64,000 nucleotides of DNA. Origin: Macrostomum lignano (lineage: Eukaryota). The position numbers and the translations under genes are program-made. Positions 1 to 12,079 of the stretch are shown here, in pieces. Each line of letters starts with the position of its first letter. Within the stretch, counting starts at the first letter, position 1. Under the pieces are notes generated by a model that worked only from the letters and a program-made list of their open reading frames with translations, did no database searches and was not told where the DNA came from. The stretch spans positions 1 through 64,000 of the forward strand of contig NIVC01002467.1 of the NCBI GenBank assembly GCA_002269645.1, given 5' to 3'.

Positions 1-225
1 TTTGTCTCTTCTCAGATCTCTTCTCTCACAGTATCCTCTCTCCCAAATCTCATCTTCTTTCCCTTCTCTCCTGTCTCCCATGTCTCCTCTTCTTTCCCTT
101 CTCTCCTGTCTCCCTCTCCTCTTCTTTTCCTTCTCTCCTCTCTCCCCTCTCCTCTTCTTTCCATTCTCTCCTCTCCCCTTTCTCTCTTCTCTTCCTTCTC
201 TCTTCTTCCTTGATATCTGGCGCTA
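1..225. repeat. CT-rich low-complexity tract
   Basis: Almost pure pyrimidine tract. The overlapping Ser/Leu-rich and Arg/Glu-rich ORFs are compositional artefacts. Confidence 0.9.
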
Positions 226-764
226 TCAAAAATTTTCCGACCCCTACTATAAGTAGACTGACTTATCAATCTTTATTCGATTTTTTTCTGTAAAAAACTA
301 CGCAAATTTTTGCTTAATGCCACTGTTAGTAGCGTGTTAAAACCTTTTTGTGTTTTTTTTGATATTTTCTTGAAAAGGGCATTACCAGTTTTTATCTATG
401 TTCCATTTTTATATTATAAAACTCAATGTAGTGTGATTTCAACTATGTAAATTATCGTATTCATTAGTTACAGCTCTTAGTCTTAGTACTTTTATTACAG
501 TATTCTGTCTATATGACCTTTATTGTTCTTTTAGAATGTTTATACTAAAGAGAAAGCACGTTTTGCTTAAACACCGGTAGTTTTTTGTAACGATTGCGTC
601 TTTTTCCACAGGTCACAATTCCGCGTCATAATTCAACTGAAAATATATGAATATTATATGGAATATATTTAGTTGCAAAGTCCCTTTATAAAATACTTAT
701 TTCTAGTAGCATTGGGTTTGAGGCCGCGTTTTAGTGACCAAAATTTAGGGATTGTAAATCTTTT

Positions 765-1805
765 TTAAAGGACTAAAATATTGGAAATGTAAGGACTACA
801 ATCTAGGGGATTTGAGGACCACAATCTAGGGATTTGAGGACCAAAATCTAAGAGATTTAAGGACCACAATCTAGGGGATTTAAGGATCACAATCTAGGGG
901 ATTTGAGGACCGCAATCTAGGGGATTTGAGGCCACAATCTAGGGGATTTAAGGATCACAATCTAGGGGATTTGAGGACCGCAATCTAGGGATTTGAGGCC
1001 ACAATCTAGGGGATTTAAGGATCACAATCTAGGGGATTTGAGGACCGCAATCTAGGGGATTTGAGGCCACAATCTAGGGGCTTGGAGGACCACAATCTAG
1101 GGGATTTAAGGACCACAATCTAGGGGATTGAAGGACCACAATCTAGGGGATTTAAGGACCACAATCTAGGGGATTGAAGGACCACAATCTAGGGGATTTA
1201 AGGACCACAATCTAGGGGCTTGGAGGACCACAATCTAGGGGATTTAAGGACCACAATCTAAGGGCTTGGAGGACCACAATCTAGGGATTTGAGGACCACA
1301 ATCTAGGGATTTGAGGACCAAAATCTAAGAGATTTAAGGACCACAATCTAGGGGATTTAAGGATCACAATCTAGGGATTTGAGGACCGCAATCTAGGGGA
1401 TTTGAGGCCACAATCTAGGGGATTTAAGGATCACAATCTAGGGATTTGAGGACCGCAATCAAGGGGATTTGAGGCCACAATCTAGGGGCTTGGAGGACCA
1501 CAATCTAGGGGATTTAAGGACCACAATCTAGGGGATTGAAGGACCACAATCTAGGGGATTTAAGGACCACAATCTAGGGGATTTAAGGACCACAATCTAG
1601 GGCTTGGAGGACCACAATCTAGGGATTTAAGGACCACAATCTAAGGGCTTGGAGGACCACAATCTAGGGGATTTGAGGACCGCAATCTAGGGGATTGAAG
1701 GACCACAATCTAGGGGATTGAAGGACCACAATCTAGGGGATTTGAGGACCACAATCTAGGGGATTTGAGGACCACTGTGCATGGGGGTTTAGTGCCACAA
1801 TCTAG
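765..1805. repeat. Minisatellite, ~22-23 bp unit (GGACCACAATCTAGGGGATTTAA)
   Basis: About 45 degenerate tandem copies immediately upstream of HIBADH. Confidence 0.95.
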
Positions 1806-1897
1806 GGATTTCCCTGTTCTAGCTAGTTTCAGAAAATAAGGAAATTAAAATTTAACAATGTGATAGATACTGCAGCTACCCGCGAGTCCCCCAGACA

Positions 1898-3273
1898 ATG
1901 CCCGCTAGAAATTTGCTCCGCCTTACGCTTGTCGCGCGCCGTTCCGTGTCCACCGCCTCGGCCAGTCAGCTTGGCTTCATCGGCCTTGGCAACATGGGCG
2001 CGTCCATGGCAACTAATTTGGCTAAAGCCGGGCATCAAGTTCGAGTATTCGACGTTAGTCGAGCCGCTATTGACGCCGTTGTGGCTGGTAGCGAAGGTCG
2101 CGCCTCGGTCGCTTCGAGCGCCAACGAAGTCGTGCCTGGCGCCAGCGCCGTTGTCACCATGCTGCCAAGCTCGAAGGAGGTCACTCAGATTTACAGCGGA
2201 TCGATGGCCTCCTGGCTGCCAGCAAAGGCAATGGCACCCTGTTTATTGACAGCACCACTGGCGAGCCGGGCGTGTGCGAGAAGGTAAAGATTGCCTACAC
2301 AGATTTTTTTATTTTCAATATCGTCATCTTACTACTTATGACAGTAGGCGAGTAACGCATATTCATCTACATTAATGGTTTTATTTTCAATATCGTCATC
2401 TTACTACTTATGACAGTAGGCGAGTAACGTATATTTATGTACATCAACAGTTTTATTTTCAATATCGTCATCTTACTACTTATGACAGTAGACAAGTAAC
2501 GTTTATTTATGCATATTAACTGTTTTTTTATTATCGTCATCTTACTACTTATGACAGTAGGCAAGGAGCAGATTTTATTGATATTTTGCTTAAAATATTC
2601 TAAAACTGATTTTATTACTAGTTCAGTAGGCCAGTATAGAATTTTTATATTTTTTACAAAATTCTTTCAAAATTCAGATTGCCGAAGAGGCGCAACAGGC
2701 TGGCGCGGTGTACATCGACGCCCCAGTCAGCGGTGGCGTTGTGGCAGCAAAAAATGCCCAGCTAACATTCATGTGCGGCGGCCCGAAGTCGGCATTCGAT
2801 ATCGCCGCGCCGTTGCTAGCCGCGATGGGTAAAAAATCAATTCACTGCGGCGGCGATAAAGTGGGCAGCGGAGAAGCCGCCAAAATCTGCAATAATATGC
2901 TTCTAGCCGTCTCAATGCTGGGGACATGCGAAGCAATGGCTCTTGGCAAGCACCTGGGCTTGAACCCTAATAACCTAGCTGAGGTACTCAACGCCAGTTC
3001 CGGTAGGTGCTGGAGCTCGGAGGTGTACAACCCGTGCCAGGAGTTGTGCCAGGCGTGCCATCGTCCAGAGACTACGACGGCGGCTTCTTGTGCGCCCTGA
3101 TGCTGAAAGATCTGAGATTGGCCCAGGCGGCCGCCGCTCAGAATCAGGTGTCAACCGTGATGGGCGGGCTGGCATGTCAGATCTACAGTCTGATGTGCGC
3201 TCATGGCTTGGCCGCCAAGGACTTCTCTGTGTTCTATAAGTTTCTGCAGGACCAGCAGAACAAGTCTAATTAA
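1898..3273 (+). CDS. HIBADH: 3-hydroxyisobutyrate dehydrogenase, mitochondrial; exons 1898-2283 and 2678-3273; two apparent 1-nt deletions (~2200, ~3033)
   Basis: Arg-rich N-terminal targeting-like peptide; Rossmann motif LGFIGLGNMGASMATNLAKAGH; family motifs VVTMLP, FIDSTT, YIDAPVSGG, GSGEAAKICNNMLLAVSM, SSGRCWSSEVYNP, RDYDGGF and LMLKDLRLA. Phase-0 intron AAG|GTAAAG (2284) to TTCAG|ATT (2677). The frame is restored by adding one base near 2200 and one G in CCG(G)TG near 3033. Confidence 0.95.
2305..2560. repeat. Intronic minisatellite, ~72 bp x ~3.5-4
   Basis: TCGTCATCTTACTACTTATGACAGTAG recurs at 2321, 2393, 2465 and 2534. Confidence 0.95.
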
Positions 3274-3364
3274 CAATGTTGCCATTTTCAATTCATTAAT
3301 TACCCACTTTAACTCTCATCTCTGAACTGGTACTGTGTTTTTAAAGATTAAAAAATGTGTCCGT

Positions 3365-3925
3365 CTGGTTGATTCTGATTGGTTGGGGAGGTGACTCACT
3401 GATTGGTTGGGGAGGTGACTCACTGATTGGTTGGGGAGGTGACTCTCTGATTGGTTGGGGAGATGACTCTCTGATTGGTTGGGGAGATGACTCTCTGATT
3501 GGTTGGGGAGATGACTCACTGATTGGTTGGGGAGGTGACTCACTGATTGGTTGGGGAGATGACTCTCTGATTGGTTGGGGAGATGACTCTCTGATTGGTT
3601 GGGGAGATGACTCTCTGATTGGTTGGGGAGATGACTCTCTGATTGGTTGGGGAGATGACTCTCTGATTGGTTGGGGAGATGACTCTCTGATTGGTTGGGG
3701 AGATGACTCTCTGATTGGTTGGGGAGATGACTCTCTGATTGGTTGGGGAGATGACTCACTGATTGGTTAGGGAGATGACTCTCTGATTGGTTGGGGAGAT
3801 GACTCTCTGATTGGTTGGGGAGATGACTCTCTGATTGGTTGGGGAGATGACTCTCTGATTGGCTGCTGAGATGACTCTTTGATTGGTTGGGGAGATGACT
3901 CTCTGATTGGTTGGGGAGACGAATC
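3365..3925. repeat. Minisatellite, 24 bp unit (CTGATTGGTTGGGGAGATGACTCT)
   Basis: About 23 tandem copies; the same unit occurs at 22455-22790. Confidence 0.95.
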
Positions 3926-4470
3926 AATGTTTAAACACAGATAGTTGTTATTAATTAATTTAGTAATCTTGTCAGTTTTGTTTTTTATATCTGGAGCGCT
4001 AGGATCAAGTTGTTAAGCTATATTTTTCTTGTTCTAAAAGAAGTACTTTGCCAATTTAAAACTTCTTCACATTTATTTTCTAGCTAATCCTATTTTACCG
4101 TCGAAACATTCGTTAAATTTAAGTTTCTGAAATAATCTCCTTCCTTTTTGTTTTTTTCGGTGTTCTACCATTACCATACCATACTAACACATTTTACAAC
4201 AGTGACTTTACTTACTCAGTAGTAGCTGCTATAGATTTTTATCATCGTATTCTATTTGAGGTTTATATGTCATAATAATATATCTAAGATATATGATATA
4301 ATAATTCCAACTGTACTTGTATTCAAATATTTGTATACTCCAATATTATATAAGAAAAATATAGAATTTATTAAATTAACAAGCATAAATTTTACTTGAA
4401 AAATCTGCCCTTGATTTGTGAATTGTTTGCTTTCACAACCATGGTCTGGTCACGTGCTTCAAGTTTAAAA
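3365..4470 (+). repeat. Dispersed repeat (24-bp array plus ~550-bp unique body); uninterrupted paralogue of 22455-23225 joined to 45382-45545
   Basis: 3928-4280 aligns with 22876-23217 and 4294-4470 aligns with 45387-45545 (divergent but collinear). Confidence 0.85.
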
Positions 4471-5340
4471 CCTTTTCCTGACTAGCCTACTATACCAACA
4501 CATCCGTTCCCGATGGCTTGGACCGAAATCGTGCCATAGACATTTTTTGCGCTCCACGATGAGACTGATGGCACTGATGATCTCGTGCCAAGCCAGCAAA
4601 ACCGCACACCGACTGACGATTACGAGTTATTTATAGTTTATGTTCGCATCACCTTTCCCGAAGATAGCACAGCCATTGCAGACTGATATGGACCGTTTTC
4701 GTGCCATGGTTTTTGTCGAAAGACAAAAATCTTTTTTTCAATAGATAGAGCAGAACGTAATAGGGAATTGTGCATATCTCTCAATCTCTACCTATAAAAA
4801 TCAAAACTCTGTCTGTCTGTCTGTGGACAAATTACTTCGCTATGGACTCCCAAACCGCTCAACCAAATTACACCAAACTTTACACCCACCCTAAACTTAC
4901 TACGGAGAATGTCTTAGGCTACCTTTAAATTTCCTAAATTTGAGTCTTCCTACCTAAAAGTACAAAAAACTGCTCAAAATGCGCGATTTTTTCACTTAAT
5001 CCTCCATAGCGCCGCTCCACTTCTACCGATCCTCTTCAAATTTGACACAATCAATTTTCAACTATTTTGACACAATCGTGTAAAATTTCGAGTCTCAAAG
5101 TTAATCCTGAACGGCGCTGTGCACTTTTAAAGTTTGGCTGTTTTTTTCAGCGAGACAGCCACCCCAACCTCCGCCCGCCTGCCTTTCTTTCTTTCTTGGA
5201 TGAGGAAGATGGCAATCGATAAGACTAGCATAGTTGTCTGTGGTACAAAAAGCGATACGATGCAATCCTGATTCCTGAATTAGTCACACAAAATAGAATT
5301 TGTAACACTAAGTCCTATTTAAAGGCACTTTAAAATTCAA

Positions 5341-5745
5341 ATGCCCCCAAAGAAAAGCGCATTGGGTCGTTTCACTGCTGCAGCTAGACGATGGAGATCT
5401 ACAAGGCAAAGCAATGCGGCTGAAGCAGGAACATCACATAGCACAGAGGAAGCAGACAACACAGGTAGCTCTGCCCAGGCCCCTCCTCAGCAGGGACCGG
5501 TCTGGACGATGCCGGCCCAGCCTTTGATTTTGAATCAGACGACGCGCGCAGCTGAAGATTTGGATGATGCCGAATCAGATTGTTACGATATTGGTAGTAG
5601 CGATCGGCGCTGGCTCGATGCCAACAGTGCCGCGGTTGAGGAGGAGCTCACCGACGAAGACGGATGCGAAGACTTCGACGAGGATGCGCACTTTGATGGT
5701 GCCGAAGACGGTTGTGGAGATTTGGAATATTTTCCCGCGATGTAA
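5341..5745 (+). CDS. Chimeric ORF in Helitron: RepHel-like N-terminus fused to an unrelated acidic segment
   Basis: The first ~47 codons (MPPKKSALGRFTAAARRW...SSAQA) match the ORF at 11519-11041 (-), then diverge into a D/E-rich sequence. Confidence 0.45.
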   Translation: MPPKKSALGRFTAAARRWRSTRQSNAAEAGTSHSTEEADNTGSSAQAPPQQGPVWTMPAQPLILNQTTRAAEDLDDAESDCYDIGSSDRRWLDANSAAVEEELTDEDGCEDFDEDAHFDGAEDGCGDLEYFPAM

Positions 5746-6769
5746 CTGCTCAAGTAAGACTTTCATCTATGTAGTGTATTTTTTGCGCTAACGACCGGCC
5801 TTCAAAAAAACTATTCTAAGAACGAAACCACCCCAACCTCCGCCCGCCTGCCTCTCTTTCCCGATACCGATCTGGGCCCAGATGTGTAAAAGGGTTTCAA
5901 AATTGACTAACTTTCAGCTGCCATAAGTTTGCTCCACGTAAAGCGATTGACTTCAAACTTGACACAATTCTTCATTGACTCATTCTCTATCTAAATGTAA
6001 AGTTTCAACTCTGTAACTCAACCGAAAAAGAAACTGTAAGCATGTGAAGTTTGTCTGCTTTTTCTGTTGTTTGTGCCACTCACTCACTCATTCCCCCAGA
6101 GCCAGACGAAGGGTCAGGCGCATAGATAAGGTATACTTTATCTATGGTCAGGCGATAGGGCTCAATGTACATAGCGAATGTACAGTGTTTTGGAATAACT
6201 TTTTAATAGCCTTCTCTGCACCCCCGCGCGAGTGGAGAGGCGTGGAGAGGAGAGACAGTTTCAGTGAGAGATTCAAACCACTGTCCTCTGTATAGACACA
6301 AGTCTGCAGCAGTTTAATAGTAGATGGCAAACAGGCAAATCAAGGCGATGCGGGATGGTTTGTAAAAATAGCGAAAAATTAATGAATAACTTATTACAAT
6401 GCAATACTACTCAATTAGTTACACCATGAAGCTTTTAACATTAAGTTTCGCATAGGGTAACTTTAAAATTTAAATGACTCCTAAGAAATGCGTATTTCCT
6501 TGGTTGTTAGACTGCTGCAGAGTGCAGACTGGGTGGTGGAGCTGGAGATACACAAATTCCTCTCAGGGCTGCTAATTGGCCAGAAAGGTGACGTGATTAA
6601 AGCATGAGAAATGATAACCATGATAGTACCGTCCCACAAACTGGCTTTCGAAGCAGGGATCGGTAGATTTTTAACTCAAAGGCCAGATAAAGAATCCAAC
6701 TCATGGCTGCGGGCCAGATGAGAGTGAAAAAGAAAAGGAATAGACTATTAGAAAGAGAGGAAGGGCGAG

Positions 6770-8260
<1,491 letters not shown>

Positions 8261-8515
8261 ATCCAAGGGACATAAGGAGAGGCAGAGGCCAGAGTTTGCC
8301 TGTTCGCAGCACCCCAGCCAACAATATAAATGTTTGCCTCAAATCCTAATTTTTCACGAATGTACTCTATTTTATGTTTAATTCTAACCTAACTATTAAC
8401 AAGTTTTTGTTTGAGTTTGACCTCAGATTTTAGAATACGACATACGAGTACATGCAAAAATAGTTCCAGGGATTGAAATTCCCCGGGTTCAAAATCCGCG
8501 GGTTTCAACAGCTTG

Positions 8516-9027
8516 TATACACATAAAAATCAAAACTCTGTGTCTGTGTACAAATTACTTTGCTATGGACTCCCAAACCGCTCAACCAAATGACACCAAA
8601 TTTTGCACCCACCCTAAACTCACTACGGAGAATGTCATAGGCTACCTTAAAATTTCCTAAATTTTAGTCTTCCTACCTAAAAGTGCAAAAAACAACTCTT
8701 CACTAAATCCTCCATAGCGCCGCTCCAGTTTTGTCAATCCTCTTTAAATTTGTCACAATCAATTTTCAACTATTTTGACACAACCGTGTAAAATTTTGAG
8801 TCTCAAAGTTAATCCTGACACGGCGCTGTGCACTTTTAAAGTTAGGCTGTTTTTTGTCAGCGAGACATGCAGCCACCTCAACCTCCGCCTGCCTCTTTCC
8901 CGGTCTCGGCCCAGAGAGGGTAAATGGGTTTAAAAATAGACTATAGACTCCATAGGCCCACAGTTAGTTGGAGGCTGAAACCGAAAGTGGAAGTTTGAGC
9001 CATAGACAAACTAGCTTCAACAGCTTG
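8516..9027 (+). mobile_element. Short, more diverged family-3 Helitron copy joined head-to-tail to 4785-8515
   Basis: Starts directly after CTTG with TATACACATAAAAATCAAAACTC (5' TC eroded); body homologous to 4790-5180; ends TCAACAGCTTG|T at 9027. Confidence 0.75.
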
Positions 9028-10509
9028 TATTTGATAATAAAGAACATGTGAAATTATGTGAAAACGAAGAGAGTCAGCAAACGTGCGCTGATGGACCTGA
9101 TATACCGGTGTTGCAACAGTATGACTGTTCGAGAGTTCGAGAGAATGCAATAAGGGGTGTGAAATAGGGTAAAAAATAGTAACTATGAAGACAAACCGGG
9201 AACCATAATATAAGATGCACATTAATGACGGGATTTTCGGTTCCCCGTTCAGTTCCACGAACCTAAATCAAATGCATACTACAGCAAGAAAAATCTTTTA
9301 AAAATTAAACTAAAAGTAATTTTTGCAATATAACATCTTAGTAGACTTTACACCAAAAATATCTTTTCATTTGAACATCTGTGAGCTTCATGGCACACCC
9401 CGAATGCTGATATGGAGAGTGATTTCTTCGTGCATTTTATTAGCTAGCCTGAGCTTGTTTGGCAACGCTGGCGACCTGCGACCTCTAATTTTCCTCGTCT
9501 GTGGAAAGCACAGAAAGAGGTGGGTTCAAGCGTTGTCAGCATATTGAAGACCGAGATGCTGACTGTGTCTGCTGACGTCACAGCAGACCTGACATGCCAC
9601 GGCGCAGACGCACGCTGCCAGCAGTGGTTCATTATATCTGGTGCTCCATGTGGAGAGGAAAACCTTTCATATGAGGGGCCAGGCCCGAACCCATTGATCA
9701 ATCCAAACTAGATGTACATGTATAGCTGTTCTACGTGTTCTCTATATACACTGCTCTTTGCAATCTGAACCATGTCATCACAGCCTTAACAGTAGAACGA
9801 CCAAGGGGGGGGGAAATTTCTCCCCCCTGACAATTTTTTTTGCTGCGCCGGAACGGAGCAACGCAGGCACACAAAATTCAAGAACACGGGCTAACTTTTT
9901 GTTGCGCACCTTCTCAAACAAGAATCAAGTCGCCAGCCCTCCGGACCGTCGAGATATTCGACGATTCTGCCAGAAGGTCGGATTTTTCCCATAAGCGCTA
10001 GTGTATTCAGTACACCCCTGTGCGCCAATCAGCACTGCGCCTCAGTGCAGCCTTGCCAAGTCTCCAAATTTCATCAGCACGTCGACCACATGTGTCTGCA
10101 TCAGTTCTGACTTCGTTGGTCACTAGCCTTCACCCAGGTGGAGCTTCTGGACCCTCAACAGCTGTGGCACCGGGTGACTATGGACACCCTGATGCGGATT
10201 TCTCTAGTTTCGTCGATCAAGCCTCGACAGTGGGCAAGAATCAACCGTCAGACATTCTCAGCTAGTCTTTCAAGCATTCCGTCATCATCCCGACGCCGTC
10301 GGCACCTTCAACAGGTGGCACCAGGTGACTACGGACATCATGTTGCAAATATGTCAGGTTTTTCTTATCAAGCTTCAATAATGGGCAAACCTCAACTGCT
10401 GGACATCCTCAGCTAGTCAGTCAAGCATTCAGCCATCACACCGACGCCGTCGGCACCTTCAACAGGTGGCACCAGGTGACTACGGACATCCTGTTGCAAA
10501 TATGTCAGA

Positions 10510-12079
10510 CAAGCTGTTGAAACCCGCGGATTTTGAACCTGGGGAATTCAAATCCCCGGAACCATTTTTGCATGTATTTTAAAATCCAAAGTCATACTCA
10601 AAACTTGTTAATAGTTGGATAGAGGTGTGAACGAAACTTGATATAAATGTGTATTAAAAAGTATATTTCTAGAATAGAATAAAGCAGAACAGAATAGAAA
10701 CTAAGACTACACAAACGCTTACAGCATTAGGACAGTATAGAATCTGTCTGAATATTTTTAAGTAAAGGAGATGGGATTAATACGTAGCTTTCAAGCATAA
10801 CAAAAAAGAAGCTGTACAGCAGTTGCTGTCTAAGACTAAGTAAAAAAAGAAAAGTAATTGTACTGTTTAAGTAGGCTATTCTAGAGAAACTAAGCAGAGT
10901 GAATATGCAGGACAACAGCAAAACCGATAAGGAACAATAACATATTTGGGAGTGATAAAAAACATTTTAGTATTCAAACTGCAAATTAACAGTAGAAGTA
11001 CCAAGCTTTATTCTGCCAACTTTCTTTGCAAATCAATCTTCTAGTTCTTTTCTTCTAGACCTAAACACTGATCTCTGTCCCGCTCCTGTCGTTGCTGAGT
11101 CTGGACAGTCGTTTCATTGCGTCGTGCCTCTGCGGTCTGATCTCTGTCCCGCTCCTGTCGTTGCTGAGTCTGGACAGTCGTTTCATTGCGTCGTGCCTCG
11201 GCTGTTTGCTGTCTTTTTTGTTCACGTCGTCTTTCTTCCCAATTTGCAGCCCTGAGAGGAACCTGTGTACTTCCAGTTCCATCGGAAGTGCTGGCGCCGG
11301 CTGCTGATGTCGATGATCTTGTCGGTGGTCGAAGGCTTCTTTTCTGGGCTTGTTCTCCTAAGGCACTTGCACTCGATCTGGCCTGGGCAGAGCTACCTGT
11401 GTTGTCTGCTTCCTCTGTGCTATGTGATGTTCCTGCTTCAGCCGCATTGCTTTGCCTTGTAGATCTCCATCGTCTAGCTGCAGCAGTGAAACGACCCAAT
11501 GCGCTTTTCTTTGGGGCATTTGAATTTTAAAGTGCCTTTAAATAGGACTTAGTGTTACAAATTCTATTTTGTGTGACTAATTCAGGAATCAGGATTGCAT
11601 CGTATCGCTTTTTGTACCACAGACAACTATGCTAGTCTTATCGATTGCCATCTTCCTCATCCAAGAGAGAAAGAAAGGCAGGCGGGCGGAGGTTGGGGTG
11701 GCTGTCTCGCTGAAAAAAACAGCCAAACTTTAAAAGTGCACAGCGCCGTTCAGGATTAACTTTGAGACTCGAAATTTTACACGATTGTGTCAAAATAGTT
11801 GAAAATTGATTGTGTCAAATTTGAAGAGGATCGGTAGAAGTGGAGCGGCGCTATGGAGGATTAAGTGAAAAAATCGCGCATTTTGAGCAGTTTTTTGTAC
11901 TTTTAGGTAGGAAGACTCAAATTTAGGAAATTTAAAGGTAGCCTAAGACATTCTCCGTAGTAAGTTTAGGGTGGGTGTAAAGTTTGGTGTAATTTGGTTG
12001 AGCGGTTTGGGAGTCCATAGCGAAGTAATTTGTCCACAGACAGACAGACAGACAGAGTTTTGATTTTTATATGTAGAGA
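10510..12079 (-). mobile_element. Non-autonomous Helitron, family 3 (1570 bp), precise A|T insertion without TSD
   Basis: Minus strand reads A|TCTCTACATATAAAAATC...(TCTG)n ... hairpin-CAACAGCTTG|T. Removing it restores TATGTCAGA|TTTTTCTTATCAAGC, identical to the neighbouring repeat unit at ~12373. Confidence 0.92.
11041..11519 (-). pseudogene. Truncated Helitron RepHel-like N-terminal ORF with two 23-aa STPR-like repeats
   Basis: TAEARRNETTVQTQQRQERDRDQ (23 aa) occurs twice, the length and E-T-x-x-Q/R pattern of STPR repeats seen at RepHel N-termini. The ATG at 11519 is out of frame by one missing C relative to the 5341 copy. No Rep or helicase motifs remain. Confidence 0.7.

Noticed and set aside
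1822-1835. Trans-splice acceptors upstream of HIBADH (TTTCAG), SNX (~54611) and the Tyr-rich ORF (TTTAAG|ATG)
   Set aside because: Such hexamers are frequent in AT-rich DNA and cannot be supported without transcript data.
2190-3040. Programmed frameshifting in HIBADH
   Set aside because: No slippery sequence or stimulatory structure; two independent 1-nt losses are better explained by sequencing error or decay.
4490-4720. Possible small MITE (repeated GGACCG...TCGTGCCAT motifs)
   Set aside because: The motifs are direct rather than inverted, and no TIR or TSD could be defined.
10020-10416. ORFs in the foldback arm and 151-bp array as a repeat protein gene
   Set aside because: The unit length of 151 bp is not a multiple of 3 and stops recur in each unit; the GTGAGT at ~12499 alone is not enough to build a gene model.
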